A stretch of DNA of 64,000 nt from Oscillospiraceae bacterium (GTDB taxonomy: Bacteria > Bacillota > Clostridia > Oscillospirales > Ruminococcaceae). The notes under the pieces were generated by a model. That model made no database searches and was not told where the DNA came from. It saw only the letters and a program-made list of their open reading frames with translations. Within the stretch, counting starts at the first letter, position 1. Each line of letters opens with the position of its first letter. The DNA lies in assembly GCA_900770195.1 (NCBI GenBank), contig CAAGJI010000041.1:43719-107718 (forward strand). The letters run 5' to 3'. Shown one piece after another: positions 39,467 through 50,172 of the stretch. The position numbers and the translations under genes were made by a program.

Positions 39467-40974
39467 TATATTTCCTCCACTATGATATTTTCTTTGCCAA
39501 GCGACTCATTTTTATGTCCATAAACCTCAGCTTCTATTCTGCCATCGTAACAGATTTTCAAGTCAAAAACTTCTGCTGTATCATATTTGCTGTCTGATAA
39601 ATCAAGATAACCTAAATATATTTTTTCAGATTTAGGAGTAAACTTCTGATAGAACTTCATATATCTTCTTCCATCATCAAATTTAGTTAATGTCAACGGC
39701 TTTTTTATTGTTTTATTTTCATATAACGTCTGCCTGTTAAGATAAACACCTGTATTTTCAAACTCGCCGACAATCTGATATGCACTTCTGTTTTCAAATT
39801 TAATATTTGTATTTTCTGACAGCATACCCGCATAATATGCTGCACCCAACGCAACATACCCCATATTTTCATCTTCATCAAAATCTCCTATTTCATCAGT
39901 TTCAAAATATTCTTCCAAAATATTTCGAAAATACGGTATACCCGATCCGCCTCCGATAAAATGTACACTTATTTCATCTTCATCTTTGTAAATATCTGAT
40001 TCTTCAAGCATATAATCAAACATTTTAACAAGTTTTTCTTTCAATGAATTTTTATTCAAGATGTCTTCAATTTCATCAGACGTGAAATGATAATTTATAT
40101 CTATGTTTTCGTTATTTCTTTTTATATAATACTCATCATCAACTTCATCATCTTCATCTGAATACATTCTGACTTTTTTATTATCAATCTCATGAACGAA
40201 ATGGTATCCACGTTCTTTCAAAAGTTTCCTTTCATTTGGTGTTACCGATGGAAAAATAATGTCATTTATAATGCTTTCTGTTAAATCACTTCCGCCATAT
40301 TTAATACCATATGATGAAAGAACTGTTACCTTGAAATTATCATCTATGCATTTGATTTTTATTACAGCGGCATCTATTGTACCTCCGCCAAAATCAAAAA
40401 TGAAAAAGTTTTTCTCATCTCCATCATCAGCATCTTCAAAGAAATCCTTTGTTTCTTCAAACGAAAAAAAAGCTGCAACAGGTTCAGATATTACTGCATC
40501 AACATTTATTTTTGCCAATTTAGCTGCTTTTTTAATTCGGTTTATCTGCATTTCTGAATACATAACAGGAAAAGTTATAACTGTCGTATTTGGAATATTT
40601 CCACCTTTTTTTGTAACCATTCTATTATATATCCAGGAAAATATTTCACCTGATAATTCAACTGCATCAGCTTCATATCCGTCGTGAAATTTTATATTCC
40701 AGTTTTCTTCGCATAAATGTCTTTTCACATTGTATACAAACTTCATTTTGTCTGCATCAATATCATAAAGCAGATTTTCTGCGGCTGAACCAATTTCAAA
40801 CTCATAATTTCCGTCTTTTCTTTTATTTCGTGTAATTATATTTGGTTCACATCTTTTTCCGTTTATATTATTTGACAACTTTTGCGGTGTAACTTTTTTA
40901 TTTTCATATGAAGCTACCTTCAGATTTGTTGTTCCGAAATCTATCGCTAATGAATAATTTATTTCTTTTGACAT
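39466..40974 (-). CDS. Divergent Hsp70-like ATPase (502 aa)
   Basis: AIDFGTTNLKVA, FIFDFGGGTIDAAV and FIGGGSGIPYF. Confidence 0.75.
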   Translation of the reverse strand: MSKEINYSLAIDFGTTNLKVASYENKKVTPQKLSNNINGKRCEPNIITRNKRKDGNYEFEIGSAAENLLYDIDADKMKFVYNVKRHLCEENWNIKFHDGYEADAVELSGEIFSWIYNRMVTKKGGNIPNTTVITFPVMYSEMQINRIKKAAKLAKINVDAVISEPVAAFFSFEETKDFFEDADDGDEKNFFIFDFGGGTIDAAVIKIKCIDDNFKVTVLSSYGIKYGGSDLTESIINDIIFPSVTPNERKLLKERGYHFVHEIDNKKVRMYSDEDDEVDDEYYIKRNNENIDINYHFTSDEIEDILNKNSLKEKLVKMFDYMLEESDIYKDEDEISVHFIGGGSGIPYFRNILEEYFETDEIGDFDEDENMGYVALGAAYYAGMLSENTNIKFENRSAYQIVGEFENTGVYLNRQTLYENKTIKKPLTLTKFDDGRRYMKFYQKFTPKSEKIYLGYLDLSDSKYDTAEVFDLKICYDGRIEAEVYGHKNESLGKENIIVEEI

Positions 40975-40986
40975 AATATTTCCCCA

Positions 40987-42270
40987 TTATCCAAATCTGT
41001 ATGCTGAACACGAACCCTTACATACAAATGAAGCCTTGTTGTCATCTTCATCAAAATAATTTATCATATACGGCTGTGCTTTGATTTCAAAAATTTTTCC
41101 ATGTTCCCTACGGTTTGAAGTTTTTATATAACTTGTTTCCATATTAATGCTATTGTCACCATTTGTAATTAAATCGCCAACTTTTATTTCCTTATTATAA
41201 AATCCGATTGAAGACAAATATTTATTCACAATTTCAAGAAACTCTATGTATTCGCTGTAATTATTCGCTATTCTGTCACATATTACCGGAATCACCTTTC
41301 CTGTAATTGAATTTTTTACAGCATTACCTATTATTGAAATAATTGTTTCAGATTTTTCATCATCATCAAGGTCATCAATATCTGCTTTTCTGATTTCATT
41401 TGCCAAATCTTTTTTATATTTTGCAAAAATTTTCAAATATATATCCTGATAAGATTTTTCCAATATTCCCTTATTCAAAAAACTTTCAATTTCAGAAATG
41501 TCAGCAACTTTTTTCAGATATTCATTTATTGCTTTATCATCGCTGTTTTCATCAATGCAAACCAGATTAATATTTTCCTTTAATATTGGAAATACAAAAT
41601 CAGCTGATTTGTATTCTTTTTCTACAGGTGCAGTTTCAGGTACAGCTTTTTCAGTTTTTGAAGAAGTTTTATTCTGTCCTTCTAAAGCTTCAACCCTATT
41701 TATAAGGCTTTCAAAAAGCTTATTCTGTTCAGATATTTTTTCTTCTAAACTTTTTATTCTTTTATCTTGTTTGTATACCGTGTTTTCCAACGATTCGATT
41801 TTCTGATTTTGATTTATAATTTCTTTTTTCTGTGTCTGACAAATATCTGCAAGCTGTTTTATATACTCCTTACATTTTTTTATTTCCCCGTTATAATCAG
41901 AAGAACCTGTATTGCCTTTTGCTGAAACAAAATCTGTTTTTTCAAGCGAATTAACTCTTGAATCAATTGATTCAACTTTCCTGTTTAATCTTTCAATGTC
42001 CTTATTTACATTTACTTCAATAACTTCATTCGGTGATGAAGTATTGGTGTGCTTTAATTCCTTGTAAATATCAGAAATTTTATTTTCAATTTTTAATTCA
42101 AGCCTATGCATGTCTATTGGCAATCTTTCTGAAACATTATATTTCAATTTGCTAATATCATCATTTATTGTGTCAACATTTTCAAACAACTCGCTGATAT
42201 TCTGATTGCCATAAATATTAAATACAGCCAGCTTTGATATTTTAATCTTTTTATATTTTTTCTTGCTCAT
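40987..42270 (-). CDS. Coiled-coil protein (427 aa)
   Basis: Long heptad region (EIINQNQKIESLENTVYKQDKRIKSLEEKISEQNKLFESLINRVEALEGQ). The start is the ATG at 42270 with an AGGAGA RBS. The ORF-track extension to 42435 is unsupported. Confidence 0.55.
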   Translation of the reverse strand: MSKKKYKKIKISKLAVFNIYGNQNISELFENVDTINDDISKLKYNVSERLPIDMHRLELKIENKISDIYKELKHTNTSSPNEVIEVNVNKDIERLNRKVESIDSRVNSLEKTDFVSAKGNTGSSDYNGEIKKCKEYIKQLADICQTQKKEIINQNQKIESLENTVYKQDKRIKSLEEKISEQNKLFESLINRVEALEGQNKTSSKTEKAVPETAPVEKEYKSADFVFPILKENINLVCIDENSDDKAINEYLKKVADISEIESFLNKGILEKSYQDIYLKIFAKYKKDLANEIRKADIDDLDDDEKSETIISIIGNAVKNSITGKVIPVICDRIANNYSEYIEFLEIVNKYLSSIGFYNKEIKVGDLITNGDNSINMETSYIKTSNRREHGKIFEIKAQPYMINYFDEDDNKASFVCKGSCSAYRFG

Positions 42271-43018
42271 ATTTTTTCTCCTCATACTTGTAATAAGTGC
42301 AAATGCCGTCAATTCTTCGTATTTCCGTTTTTTCTTCGTCTGAATCATAACAATAAATACAATATGGCAAACTATTAAAATAACAAATTTCGCCATGTTT
42401 CGATCTATCATTTGTAGATTTCTGATGTGACCCACTGGTAGAAATATGTTCTGATTTTACACTGTTTTCTATATCTTCAGGAACAAAAAAAACTATATTT
42501 GATAAATAGCAAACTATTTTTTTCCCTATTTTCTTCCATTCCTGTTCTTCTTTAAGCATAGACGATTCAAGAATCTTTTGCAATGAATCTCTCATCTCAT
42601 CAATATATATTTCTGTAAGTTCTGCAGATTTTTCATCTGGATCTATTTTATTTTTATCTAACTGCTTAAACATTTTTTCTTTGCATTTATTCGCTCTTTT
42701 AAGTAATAAAGCAACAATCTTTTCTTTATTTTCAGGTAAATTATGACCGTATTCAAATAAAGATTTTAAATCAGGATTTTCGTCTCCAAGCAATTTTTCT
42801 ATTATTGACTTATATTCGTCATCTGTTTTGTCAGGTGGAAAAAGGTATGGATAGGAACTTTTTTGTTTCACAAACATTTCACGTTCATTTTCCTTAAATT
42901 GATACCTGACAATTTCATCTTTATACAAATTATATTTTTTTTGCAAACGAATAATCTCTTTTTTTCTGTCTGATGAATAAGCACTGTATTTTGTCTTTAA
43001 ATCATTTAAATTTAACAT
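42251..43018 (-). CDS. Hypothetical protein (255 aa) with Cys-rich C-terminus
   Basis: C-terminal CYFNSLPYCIYC ... GICTYY, possibly a zinc ribbon. RBS GGAGGG. Confidence 0.5.
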   Translation of the reverse strand: MLNLNDLKTKYSAYSSDRKKEIIRLQKKYNLYKDEIVRYQFKENEREMFVKQKSSYPYLFPPDKTDDEYKSIIEKLLGDENPDLKSLFEYGHNLPENKEKIVALLLKRANKCKEKMFKQLDKNKIDPDEKSAELTEIYIDEMRDSLQKILESSMLKEEQEWKKIGKKIVCYLSNIVFFVPEDIENSVKSEHISTSGSHQKSTNDRSKHGEICYFNSLPYCIYCYDSDEEKTEIRRIDGICTYYKYEEKKYEQEKI

Positions 43019-43036
43019 AATCCCTCCTGCTGCTTA

Positions 43037-44608
43037 TTAAGATGCTGACACTTTGTCAGAATAAACAAGTTCTGAATCACTGTAAACGTCAACATCAATA
43101 TTAAGAGAGCCATCTTTTTCAAAAATAAATGTCAGTTTTATTTCAGTATTTTCTCTTTTTAAACCTGATGGAAGATTAATTACTGAATATTTTGCAACAT
43201 CTATTCCTTCACTCATAGCACGATTTGCTTTTGGATAAATCTGAATATCGTGTTCGTAAAGCTTCACTTCCAATTTTTCCTGATTATCACTATTAAGATA
43301 AAATATTTTTTCAACTTTTGTAGGAAGTGCAGTATTTATTGGAACTAACGGAATAAATTTATCAGGTATAGGGCCATCCTGTGCTACAGTTCCAAAAACA
43401 CAACTTGTTATATTTGAAATTTCATTAAGCTTATTTTCATTTAAAACAACTGCACCCTTTGAAATAAGTTCTGTTACTTCACCTAAAGTATCATCATCAA
43501 GAGTAATATATTTTTCAAGTTCTTTCTGAACTAAAGGTATATTTGAACTTCCTCCTGCTAAAACAATTCTGTCAATTGCTATGTTGTTATCCTCTGCATA
43601 TTTTAAACTGTCTTTTGTTATATCAATTGAACGTTTTACCAAAGGAGATATTATTTTTTCAATATCATCTACTGTAAATTCATATATATATGGTTCTAAT
43701 CCGTCTTCAGTGCGTATATTCAAAAAGTCATCGTTGCTTTCATATTCTATTTTTACATTTTCAGCACAATCAATAATCCCTCTTAAATTATCACGATACA
43801 TATCATATGGAAGATCACCATCATAAACATCTTCTTTCATAATTCTGTAAAGCCCTTTTGCGTCTTCATCAAATTCCATATCAAGATCAAATTTATCATT
43901 TACTTTCTGAAGAATATCATCTGCTATTGCCAAAGTAACGTTATTACCGCCAAATTCCTTATCACCATTTGTATATATCTGTTCATATTTAATATGCGAG
44001 TCAACTTTTGTTGCTTTCATTATCGAAATATCAAAAGTACCGCCGCCAAAGTCATAAACAAGAATTGTGCATTCATCTTTATCATCTTCAATTGTCTGAT
44101 ATGCAGCTGCCGCTGCTGCTGTTGGTTCAAAAATCAATTCAACATTATTAAGTCCTGCTTCAATTGCAGCATCTTTTATACTTTCTTTTGCTGACGGACT
44201 GAATTTTGCAGGCACAGTAATAACAGCTTTTTCAATAAAACCTTCAGCCGGACCAAACGATTTCATAATTTTGTCCTGAACATTTTTTATTATCTGAGCG
44301 ATAAAATATCCCGTTGCTTTTTTAGGAGTTACTCTTATTCTGCTACCGTCCATAGCTTTTGTAATATATCTCTCATTCTGTTCATTAAGACGGCTTTTAA
44401 AGCTGACAATAGGTTCAACATTGTTTGCAGCAGCAAGTGAAAGAGCTTCTTTTCCTATCACAAATTCATCTTCTGTTTTAAAATATAACGCTGTAGGTAT
44501 GCTTTTACTGCTATCTTTGTCACGCAGGCAAACAATTCTTCCCTTTTTATCTTTGTAAGAAACAACAGTATTTGTAGTTCCGAAATCTATTCCTATGGTT
44601 TGTCCCAT
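43037..44608 (-). CDS. Hsp70-family ATPase (DnaK/HscC-like NBD plus beta-SBD, no lid)
   Basis: IGIDFGTTNTVVSY, ILVYDFGGGTFDISIM, FEPTAAAAAAY and IVLAGGSSNIPLVQ. RBS AAGGAG. Confidence 0.8.
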   Translation of the reverse strand: MGQTIGIDFGTTNTVVSYKDKKGRIVCLRDKDSSKSIPTALYFKTEDEFVIGKEALSLAAANNVEPIVSFKSRLNEQNERYITKAMDGSRIRVTPKKATGYFIAQIIKNVQDKIMKSFGPAEGFIEKAVITVPAKFSPSAKESIKDAAIEAGLNNVELIFEPTAAAAAAYQTIEDDKDECTILVYDFGGGTFDISIMKATKVDSHIKYEQIYTNGDKEFGGNNVTLAIADDILQKVNDKFDLDMEFDEDAKGLYRIMKEDVYDGDLPYDMYRDNLRGIIDCAENVKIEYESNDDFLNIRTEDGLEPYIYEFTVDDIEKIISPLVKRSIDITKDSLKYAEDNNIAIDRIVLAGGSSNIPLVQKELEKYITLDDDTLGEVTELISKGAVVLNENKLNEISNITSCVFGTVAQDGPIPDKFIPLVPINTALPTKVEKIFYLNSDNQEKLEVKLYEHDIQIYPKANRAMSEGIDVAKYSVINLPSGLKRENTEIKLTFIFEKDGSLNIDVDVYSDSELVYSDKVSAS

Positions 44609-44627
44609 TACTTACTCCTTAACAAAA

Positions 44628-47600
44628 TTATTTTAAATTTACTTCAACCGGATTCAAAAGATATTTTTCATTATCTATTTCATTTTCTTTTGCGACTGCA
44701 TATTCAATTGCATAAGGTTTTGTTGCTCTTATGTAAATTGCAACATCTTTGTCACTGAAAGTCTGCTCTATTCTGAGATTTTTTCGGATAATACTTGAAT
44801 CAGAAATACTCAATCCGCCGTTAAGTGCAACAGGAAGCGATGTATAATAAATTTCAAATTTATCTACTTTTGCATTTTTGAACTTTATCCATTTGCCATA
44901 TTCAGAACCCATTTTCATTATAACTTTAAACATTTCTCTTTTGCTTATTCCAACAAAATATTTAAATGGTATTTCATCTTCAACATCATTGTCACTTAAC
45001 ACAAGTATCTTTCCGTCTTCACGACTGTCTATAAGCCCGTATACAACACCTGTTTTGCCTGTTGGTCTTGTCAATGAAGTTTCATCTGTTTTCTTTCCTG
45101 CCTGCTTCTGAAGCTTGTCAGCGTCTTCTGTACCTAAAGGTGGCATAAGGAACAAATTTTTCTTAAAATCAACCTTGCATATTTTACAAATATCAGGGAA
45201 ATATTCGTTGATATACTGATTAAATACGTTTTCTACTATCGGAGATTTTCCTGCATTGCCTGCAATGAATATATAAATATTACTGATTTTTGTATTCTTT
45301 GTCTTGAATTTTTCTGAACTGATTGCCTGTAAGAATCCGTGGCAGAAATTATTGATACCCTCTTCGATTTGCTTTGAAAGTATTCCAAGCAAATCAACAT
45401 GAATGTTGTCGTTCGGTGATTCAAGCTTTAATTCTATCTCTTTAAATTCTCCTTTAACATCAAATAAATTAACTTTCATCAAACCTGAATTTAAAGCCTC
45501 AAAAGAAGATTCTATTTCATAAACAGGGAATTTTTCATTATCGCTGCTGTTGTTTTTAAGATATTTGTCAGGTGAAACGCCATACTTTTCACACAATGCT
45601 GTAACATTTTTTTTGTATTCTTCTGATTCAACACCATATTCTTTCTTTACTTCATTTATGTAATAGTCAAGCTCTGCTTTTGCTTTTTCACCTAATTCTT
45701 TTGTTTCACCATCAACCAGATATATGCTTTCTTCCATAAACGGTCTGAGTGCTTCCGCTAACTGCTTTGTATTTCTCTTTGCAATCTGAGTATCTTTTAT
45801 AAGTTCATCGTGTCCATCGAACACGTCGCACTGTACAGGTTTTGTAAATGTTATTCTGTTTTCAAGAAGTACTTTTTTATTTGCCTTAAACACTTCATAT
45901 GCAAGCAATTCAAGAAGATTTTCACCGCCAAGATATTTTGAACCTGCTGCACCAAAATGTTCAATTACATAATCATAATCTTCTTCATCGAAATCATCTT
46001 CATCTGCATATCTCCATGTGCCGTAATCGAAATCAGTTGTACCGCCGCCAAAATCGAAAATACCATACAGAATAGAACTGTCGTCCCCAGGGGCACAGTT
46101 GAATTCTTTCAAAGCACAAACCGCATAACTTGCCGGTTCTCCTGCACCTGCTTTCACTTCAAATTTTTTCATTGTCGCTTCATCATTAAGAACTGTTTCA
46201 GGCAATGATTTTTTCAAACCTTTTGTAAAGCTTTCAAGTATCTTTTCTCTTACCTGCTTTTCGTAAGTTACAGGGAAAGACATAATATAACGCAGGTATA
46301 TTTTATTCGTCATATTATTTATGTATAAGCCGAGGTAGTAAGCATATATTTCGATAGGGTCGAAATCATCTTCTTTTAAATCAACATATTTATAAAGTTT
46401 CTTTTCTGTTTTTGTATTCAGTGATTTAATTGTTTCCGCTGTTTCTTTTGTTGTATTTCCGCACCACTGTTTCAAATTGTAAAAATATGAATAGAAATTA
46501 TCGCTGTCTTTCTTTTCCGTTGTATTTTTAAAATTATAATTTGCTGTATGTGAAACTTTTATATCTTCCCATGATGTGTCAGGTCTTCCTGCTTTAGCTG
46601 AATATGCCTGCATAAAAGATTCTATATCATCAAATTCAATAACAGTCGGGTTTTCGTAATCTTCCTTTTTCGCTTCCTCGCCTAATTTATTTTTACCAAT
46701 ACGCAAAAGGTGAGTAACATCTCTGCCGTTCTGATATCCCACTACTGTTGAACGTGTACCAAAATCTATACCGATAATACCATCATCAAGTACATCTGCA
46801 AGAGGGTTGCGGGCGATAAGTTTTTCAGTAAGGGCAATTTCTGTTCCCTCCTGACTTGATTTTTCCCATAAATCCCAATGACCTGCACCGTCGTCTGTAA
46901 GGATAGTTTCTTCATATGTATCTCTGTCGCATCTTTTTTTGTCAACATTAAGCAGTTCAGATTTTAATTTTTCTGTATCATAATTGTTTTTATATAACCC
47001 TTTTAACGTTTGATAAAACTCACTTTCTTTAACATCATTGTATTTGTAAAGAATTTTACCCTCAGATGCAGTTATTATCTTTTTATCGTACATATCTGCC
47101 AGCATTTTATAAATCCCTTTGAGAGAACTTTTGCTTGGAATAAGTCCGTATTTAATAAAGGTAATCAGCCTTCTTTTTGATAACCCTCTTTTTACAGGAA
47201 TTTTAATGGAATAACTATCACCCCAGCAGTTATAATTTCCATTATGTATATTTAAACGCCTTTCTGAATTTCCGCTATAATAGCTAAAAATGCAATTTAT
47301 CAAATTACCATTTGCATTTTTTACACAATCATCTTTTATAAGCGGATTGGAAGATTTATAGGTGTAGAATAAATCATACGCTTCGGAATAATTCATAGAC
47401 TTTCCTTCGCCTATACCGTCCATTTCATAATCATAACGATCATAAGGACAAACGGCACGTGTTGAGTCTGTTATCAATATATTTTTACTCTGAACAAAAT
47501 ATAATTTTTTATTTTCAATCTTAACCCATTCATTATTTTTAACAATAGAATCCAGATCCTCTTCAACAACATTAATCAGACCTATAAGTAAATCTTTTGC

Positions 47601-47654
47601 TTCTATTTCTTCATCCGTCAGATAAATTTTATCAACGCTTTTTGTTTCTTCCAT
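44628..47654 (-). CDS. Large divergent Hsp70-superfamily ATPase (1008 aa)
   Basis: IIGIDFGTRSTVVGY, GIFDFGGGTTDFDYG and FIAGNAGKSPIV, embedded in long N- and C-terminal extensions. RBS GGAGGT. Confidence 0.75.
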   Translation of the reverse strand: MEETKSVDKIYLTDEEIEAKDLLIGLINVVEEDLDSIVKNNEWVKIENKKLYFVQSKNILITDSTRAVCPYDRYDYEMDGIGEGKSMNYSEAYDLFYTYKSSNPLIKDDCVKNANGNLINCIFSYYSGNSERRLNIHNGNYNCWGDSYSIKIPVKRGLSKRRLITFIKYGLIPSKSSLKGIYKMLADMYDKKIITASEGKILYKYNDVKESEFYQTLKGLYKNNYDTEKLKSELLNVDKKRCDRDTYEETILTDDGAGHWDLWEKSSQEGTEIALTEKLIARNPLADVLDDGIIGIDFGTRSTVVGYQNGRDVTHLLRIGKNKLGEEAKKEDYENPTVIEFDDIESFMQAYSAKAGRPDTSWEDIKVSHTANYNFKNTTEKKDSDNFYSYFYNLKQWCGNTTKETAETIKSLNTKTEKKLYKYVDLKEDDFDPIEIYAYYLGLYINNMTNKIYLRYIMSFPVTYEKQVREKILESFTKGLKKSLPETVLNDEATMKKFEVKAGAGEPASYAVCALKEFNCAPGDDSSILYGIFDFGGGTTDFDYGTWRYADEDDFDEEDYDYVIEHFGAAGSKYLGGENLLELLAYEVFKANKKVLLENRITFTKPVQCDVFDGHDELIKDTQIAKRNTKQLAEALRPFMEESIYLVDGETKELGEKAKAELDYYINEVKKEYGVESEEYKKNVTALCEKYGVSPDKYLKNNSSDNEKFPVYEIESSFEALNSGLMKVNLFDVKGEFKEIELKLESPNDNIHVDLLGILSKQIEEGINNFCHGFLQAISSEKFKTKNTKISNIYIFIAGNAGKSPIVENVFNQYINEYFPDICKICKVDFKKNLFLMPPLGTEDADKLQKQAGKKTDETSLTRPTGKTGVVYGLIDSREDGKILVLSDNDVEDEIPFKYFVGISKREMFKVIMKMGSEYGKWIKFKNAKVDKFEIYYTSLPVALNGGLSISDSSIIRKNLRIEQTFSDKDVAIYIRATKPYAIEYAVAKENEIDNEKYLLNPVEVNLK

Positions 47655-47656
47655 AA

Positions 47657-48331
47657 TTATAATACCTCCACTAACGATTTTTTAACTGTTTTTCCTGATA
47701 CTGTATATTTGTATCCTTTTATTATTACCTTATCTATCATACCTGTATGTTTTTTATTTTTCTCAATATGAAAATTATCGTCCAAATGACAATTATTATC
47801 TATCATAGAATATTCAGGATTCATACGGCACATTATTTCAACAAATTCATTAAATAGATCTGTTACCTGCGGTTTAAGACTGCTGAGTTCATAACTAATG
47901 TAGTCATAATAACTGTTTAAATTCTTTTCGTTTGAAATGCTTGCAATAAACGAAACAGGGTCTTCCAATGATATTTTGACTTTTTCTTTGTATTCTTCAA
48001 GCACTTCACAAGATTTTTTGTATAAGTCAAAAATATTCTTGAAATATTCCTCATAATCAGAAAGCTGATTTTTTGCTGATTCGAGTTCTGATTTACTTTT
48101 TTCAAGTTCTGATTTACTTTTTTCAAGTTCATCTTTTACTGATTTAAGTTCTGATTCTAACTCTTCTATTTTTGGGTTATCATCATTTTTATTTTCGGAC
48201 AAGTATTTTTTTATACGTTCATCAAAACGTTTATCACAAATTTTTTCACAAACTTTTTCACAAACTTTTTCACAAACTTTTTCAATTTCTTCCCTTGTCC
48301 ATTTTTTTGATTTTTCTTCTTCAACTGCCAT
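47657..48331 (-). CDS. Coiled-coil protein (224 aa) with (EKVC)n repeat
   Basis: EKVCEKVCEKVCEKIC motif, then SELEKSKSELESAKNQL heptads. Confidence 0.55.
   Translation of the reverse strand: MAVEEEKSKKWTREEIEKVCEKVCEKVCEKICDKRFDERIKKYLSENKNDDNPKIEELESELKSVKDELEKSKSELEKSKSELESAKNQLSDYEEYFKNIFDLYKKSCEVLEEYKEKVKISLEDPVSFIASISNEKNLNSYYDYISYELSSLKPQVTDLFNEFVEIMCRMNPEYSMIDNNCHLDDNFHIEKNKKHTGMIDKVIIKGYKYTVSGKTVKKSLVEVL
48235..48282. repeat. Four tandem copies of a 12-nt unit (cacaaacttttt), in frame, encoding EKVC
   Basis: The repeat was read directly from the sequence. Unit 1 carries one substitution. Confidence 0.8.
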
Positions 48332-49009
48332 TTATCCAAGATACATTTCTCCGAGTACCATAGTATAATCATACCCAATAAACGGTAAATGTTCTCCTTT
48401 CCACATTATTTCAATATTACGCTTTATATCGCAAAGAAAATACTTTGCTAAATTTACTATGTCAATATCCTTTTCATTTTTTTCTTTATGAATATAGATA
48501 TAAGTAACTTCCGAACTTTTCTGATGATATATATTTATCAGCTTGTAATTCAGTTCAAGAAATTTTTCAAACATATTTTCTCTGTTTCCACTTAACAGAT
48601 ATTCTGAATAACAATTAAGCAATATATACCTTGTTTCATTGCTGCAACTAAGATATAACTCTTTTATTCTGTCATCAAATTCATTGTTCAATATTTTGTT
48701 TTCAATATTCATTGAATAAATATCATATATTGAAAACCCGCTGTTTCTGTCAAACATTGCCTGAAAATGAATAATCAAATTAAAAAAATCTTTATATTCA
48801 GGATTATTTTTATAATCATCAACAAGATTATTATACTTTTCTTCAGAATCAATAAATTTTTTTGAAAAAAACAAGTCAAACAATCGAGGCAACACATTGA
48901 CAAGAGTATTTTTTGTTTCTGTATTCCAGACTTCAACACCCGAAACTATATTTTCAACAGCAAGTTCATACTGTTTCTGACTTGAATAATCATTCCAGAT
49001 ATAACTCAT
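48332..49009 (-). CDS. Hypothetical protein (225 aa)
   Basis: Stop/start adjacency with the downstream gene and an ATGA overlap with the upstream gene. Confidence 0.5.
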   Translation of the reverse strand: MSYIWNDYSSQKQYELAVENIVSGVEVWNTETKNTLVNVLPRLFDLFFSKKFIDSEEKYNNLVDDYKNNPEYKDFFNLIIHFQAMFDRNSGFSIYDIYSMNIENKILNNEFDDRIKELYLSCSNETRYILLNCYSEYLLSGNRENMFEKFLELNYKLINIYHQKSSEVTYIYIHKEKNEKDIDIVNLAKYFLCDIKRNIEIMWKGEHLPFIGYDYTMVLGEMYLG

Positions 49010-50160
49010 ACTTTTACACCTACCCAGAAAAAGTTTGGATAATTATATCTCATAAAAGCAATAAAATAATTAACCCTGTCAATAAAGAAATTATCTATTC
49101 CTGAATCTTCAAAACAAAGATAACAATAATTTTTATTCCTCCTGCTTATCTCTGATAAATCATTATAACTGTAGTTATAATCCCTTGTGTAAGCTTTTAT
49201 CGCTTCTTTAGTATTAGATAAACTAAATCCTTTATATTCATCAGGATAATGATAATATGCATCAACAGCAAGCTTTATATCTGCCTCAGTAAATATATTT
49301 TTCGAAACTACCGAAATTTCATCTTTCAGCTTAGGCGAAAACATATATGATGATTTATTTATTTTATTTTCGTGAATTTCTATTTTCATAAAATCAATAT
49401 CTGAATCTGATTTCACATAAACATATTTATCAGTAATTTTAATCAAATGATAAATATCAAATCTATTTTCAGGTATTATAAATGAATTTTCATCACGGTT
49501 ATATCTGTCAAACTCTTCATCGGCAATAACAGCTTTCACAGACCTCAGTCTTAATTGATTACTTGAAGTTATCGACACATTCCACATAAGTGTTCCCTGA
49601 ACAGCCCCTGATATCTGACTTAAATCATAATTATTTCTTTTTAAATTTACAGGTTCATATTCATTTGTTTTTTCATTCAATTCAAACAATTTAAAAGCAC
49701 GTCTTGAGTACGGTGAATATATATATGGCTGATGTATATTATATAATTTAAACAAATTCGCTATTATTTTTTCCTTTTTAACAAATATATCAGTCTTTTC
49801 AAGCTTGATTTTTTTGCCGTCCTCTGTTTTTTCATAATCATTTACTTTATCATAAGGACAATCAATAAAAATAATATTACTATCATCTTCACTCAAATCC
49901 AGCATAGGATTAAAAATATTGTCGATATTTTCTTTATCTTTTTTTAAAAAAGTAAATATTTGCGGAACTGTATTTTCTTCAGTATTTTGACTGATAACAT
50001 TTTTTTCTATATGCGAAAAAAATTCCTTTTGTCTGTCAATAACAGATTCTGCCAATGTTTTAAAAAATTCTTTCTGATTATCCTTTAAACCATCTGACTT
50101 TTCTAATAACTCTTCTATTTTTATTTTCTTTAAATAACTGTTTTGATTTTTATTATCCAT
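49006..50160 (-). CDS. Hypothetical protein (384 aa)
   Basis: RBS GGTGA. No recognisable motifs. Confidence 0.5.
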   Translation of the reverse strand: MDNKNQNSYLKKIKIEELLEKSDGLKDNQKEFFKTLAESVIDRQKEFFSHIEKNVISQNTEENTVPQIFTFLKKDKENIDNIFNPMLDLSEDDSNIIFIDCPYDKVNDYEKTEDGKKIKLEKTDIFVKKEKIIANLFKLYNIHQPYIYSPYSRRAFKLFELNEKTNEYEPVNLKRNNYDLSQISGAVQGTLMWNVSITSSNQLRLRSVKAVIADEEFDRYNRDENSFIIPENRFDIYHLIKITDKYVYVKSDSDIDFMKIEIHENKINKSSYMFSPKLKDEISVVSKNIFTEADIKLAVDAYYHYPDEYKGFSLSNTKEAIKAYTRDYNYSYNDLSEISRRNKNYCYLCFEDSGIDNFFIDRVNYFIAFMRYNYPNFFWVGVKV

Positions 50161-50172
50161 AACATCACCTGA

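Noticed and set aside
42251-43018. Possible J-domain in the 255-aa island protein
   Set aside because: It has PPDK rather than the invariant HPD tripeptide, and the helix spacing does not fit. It stays a hypothetical protein.
47917-48132. 71-aa alternative-frame ORF inside the (EKVC)n coiled-coil gene
   Set aside because: It is an overlapping alternate frame of a longer, RBS-supported ORF.
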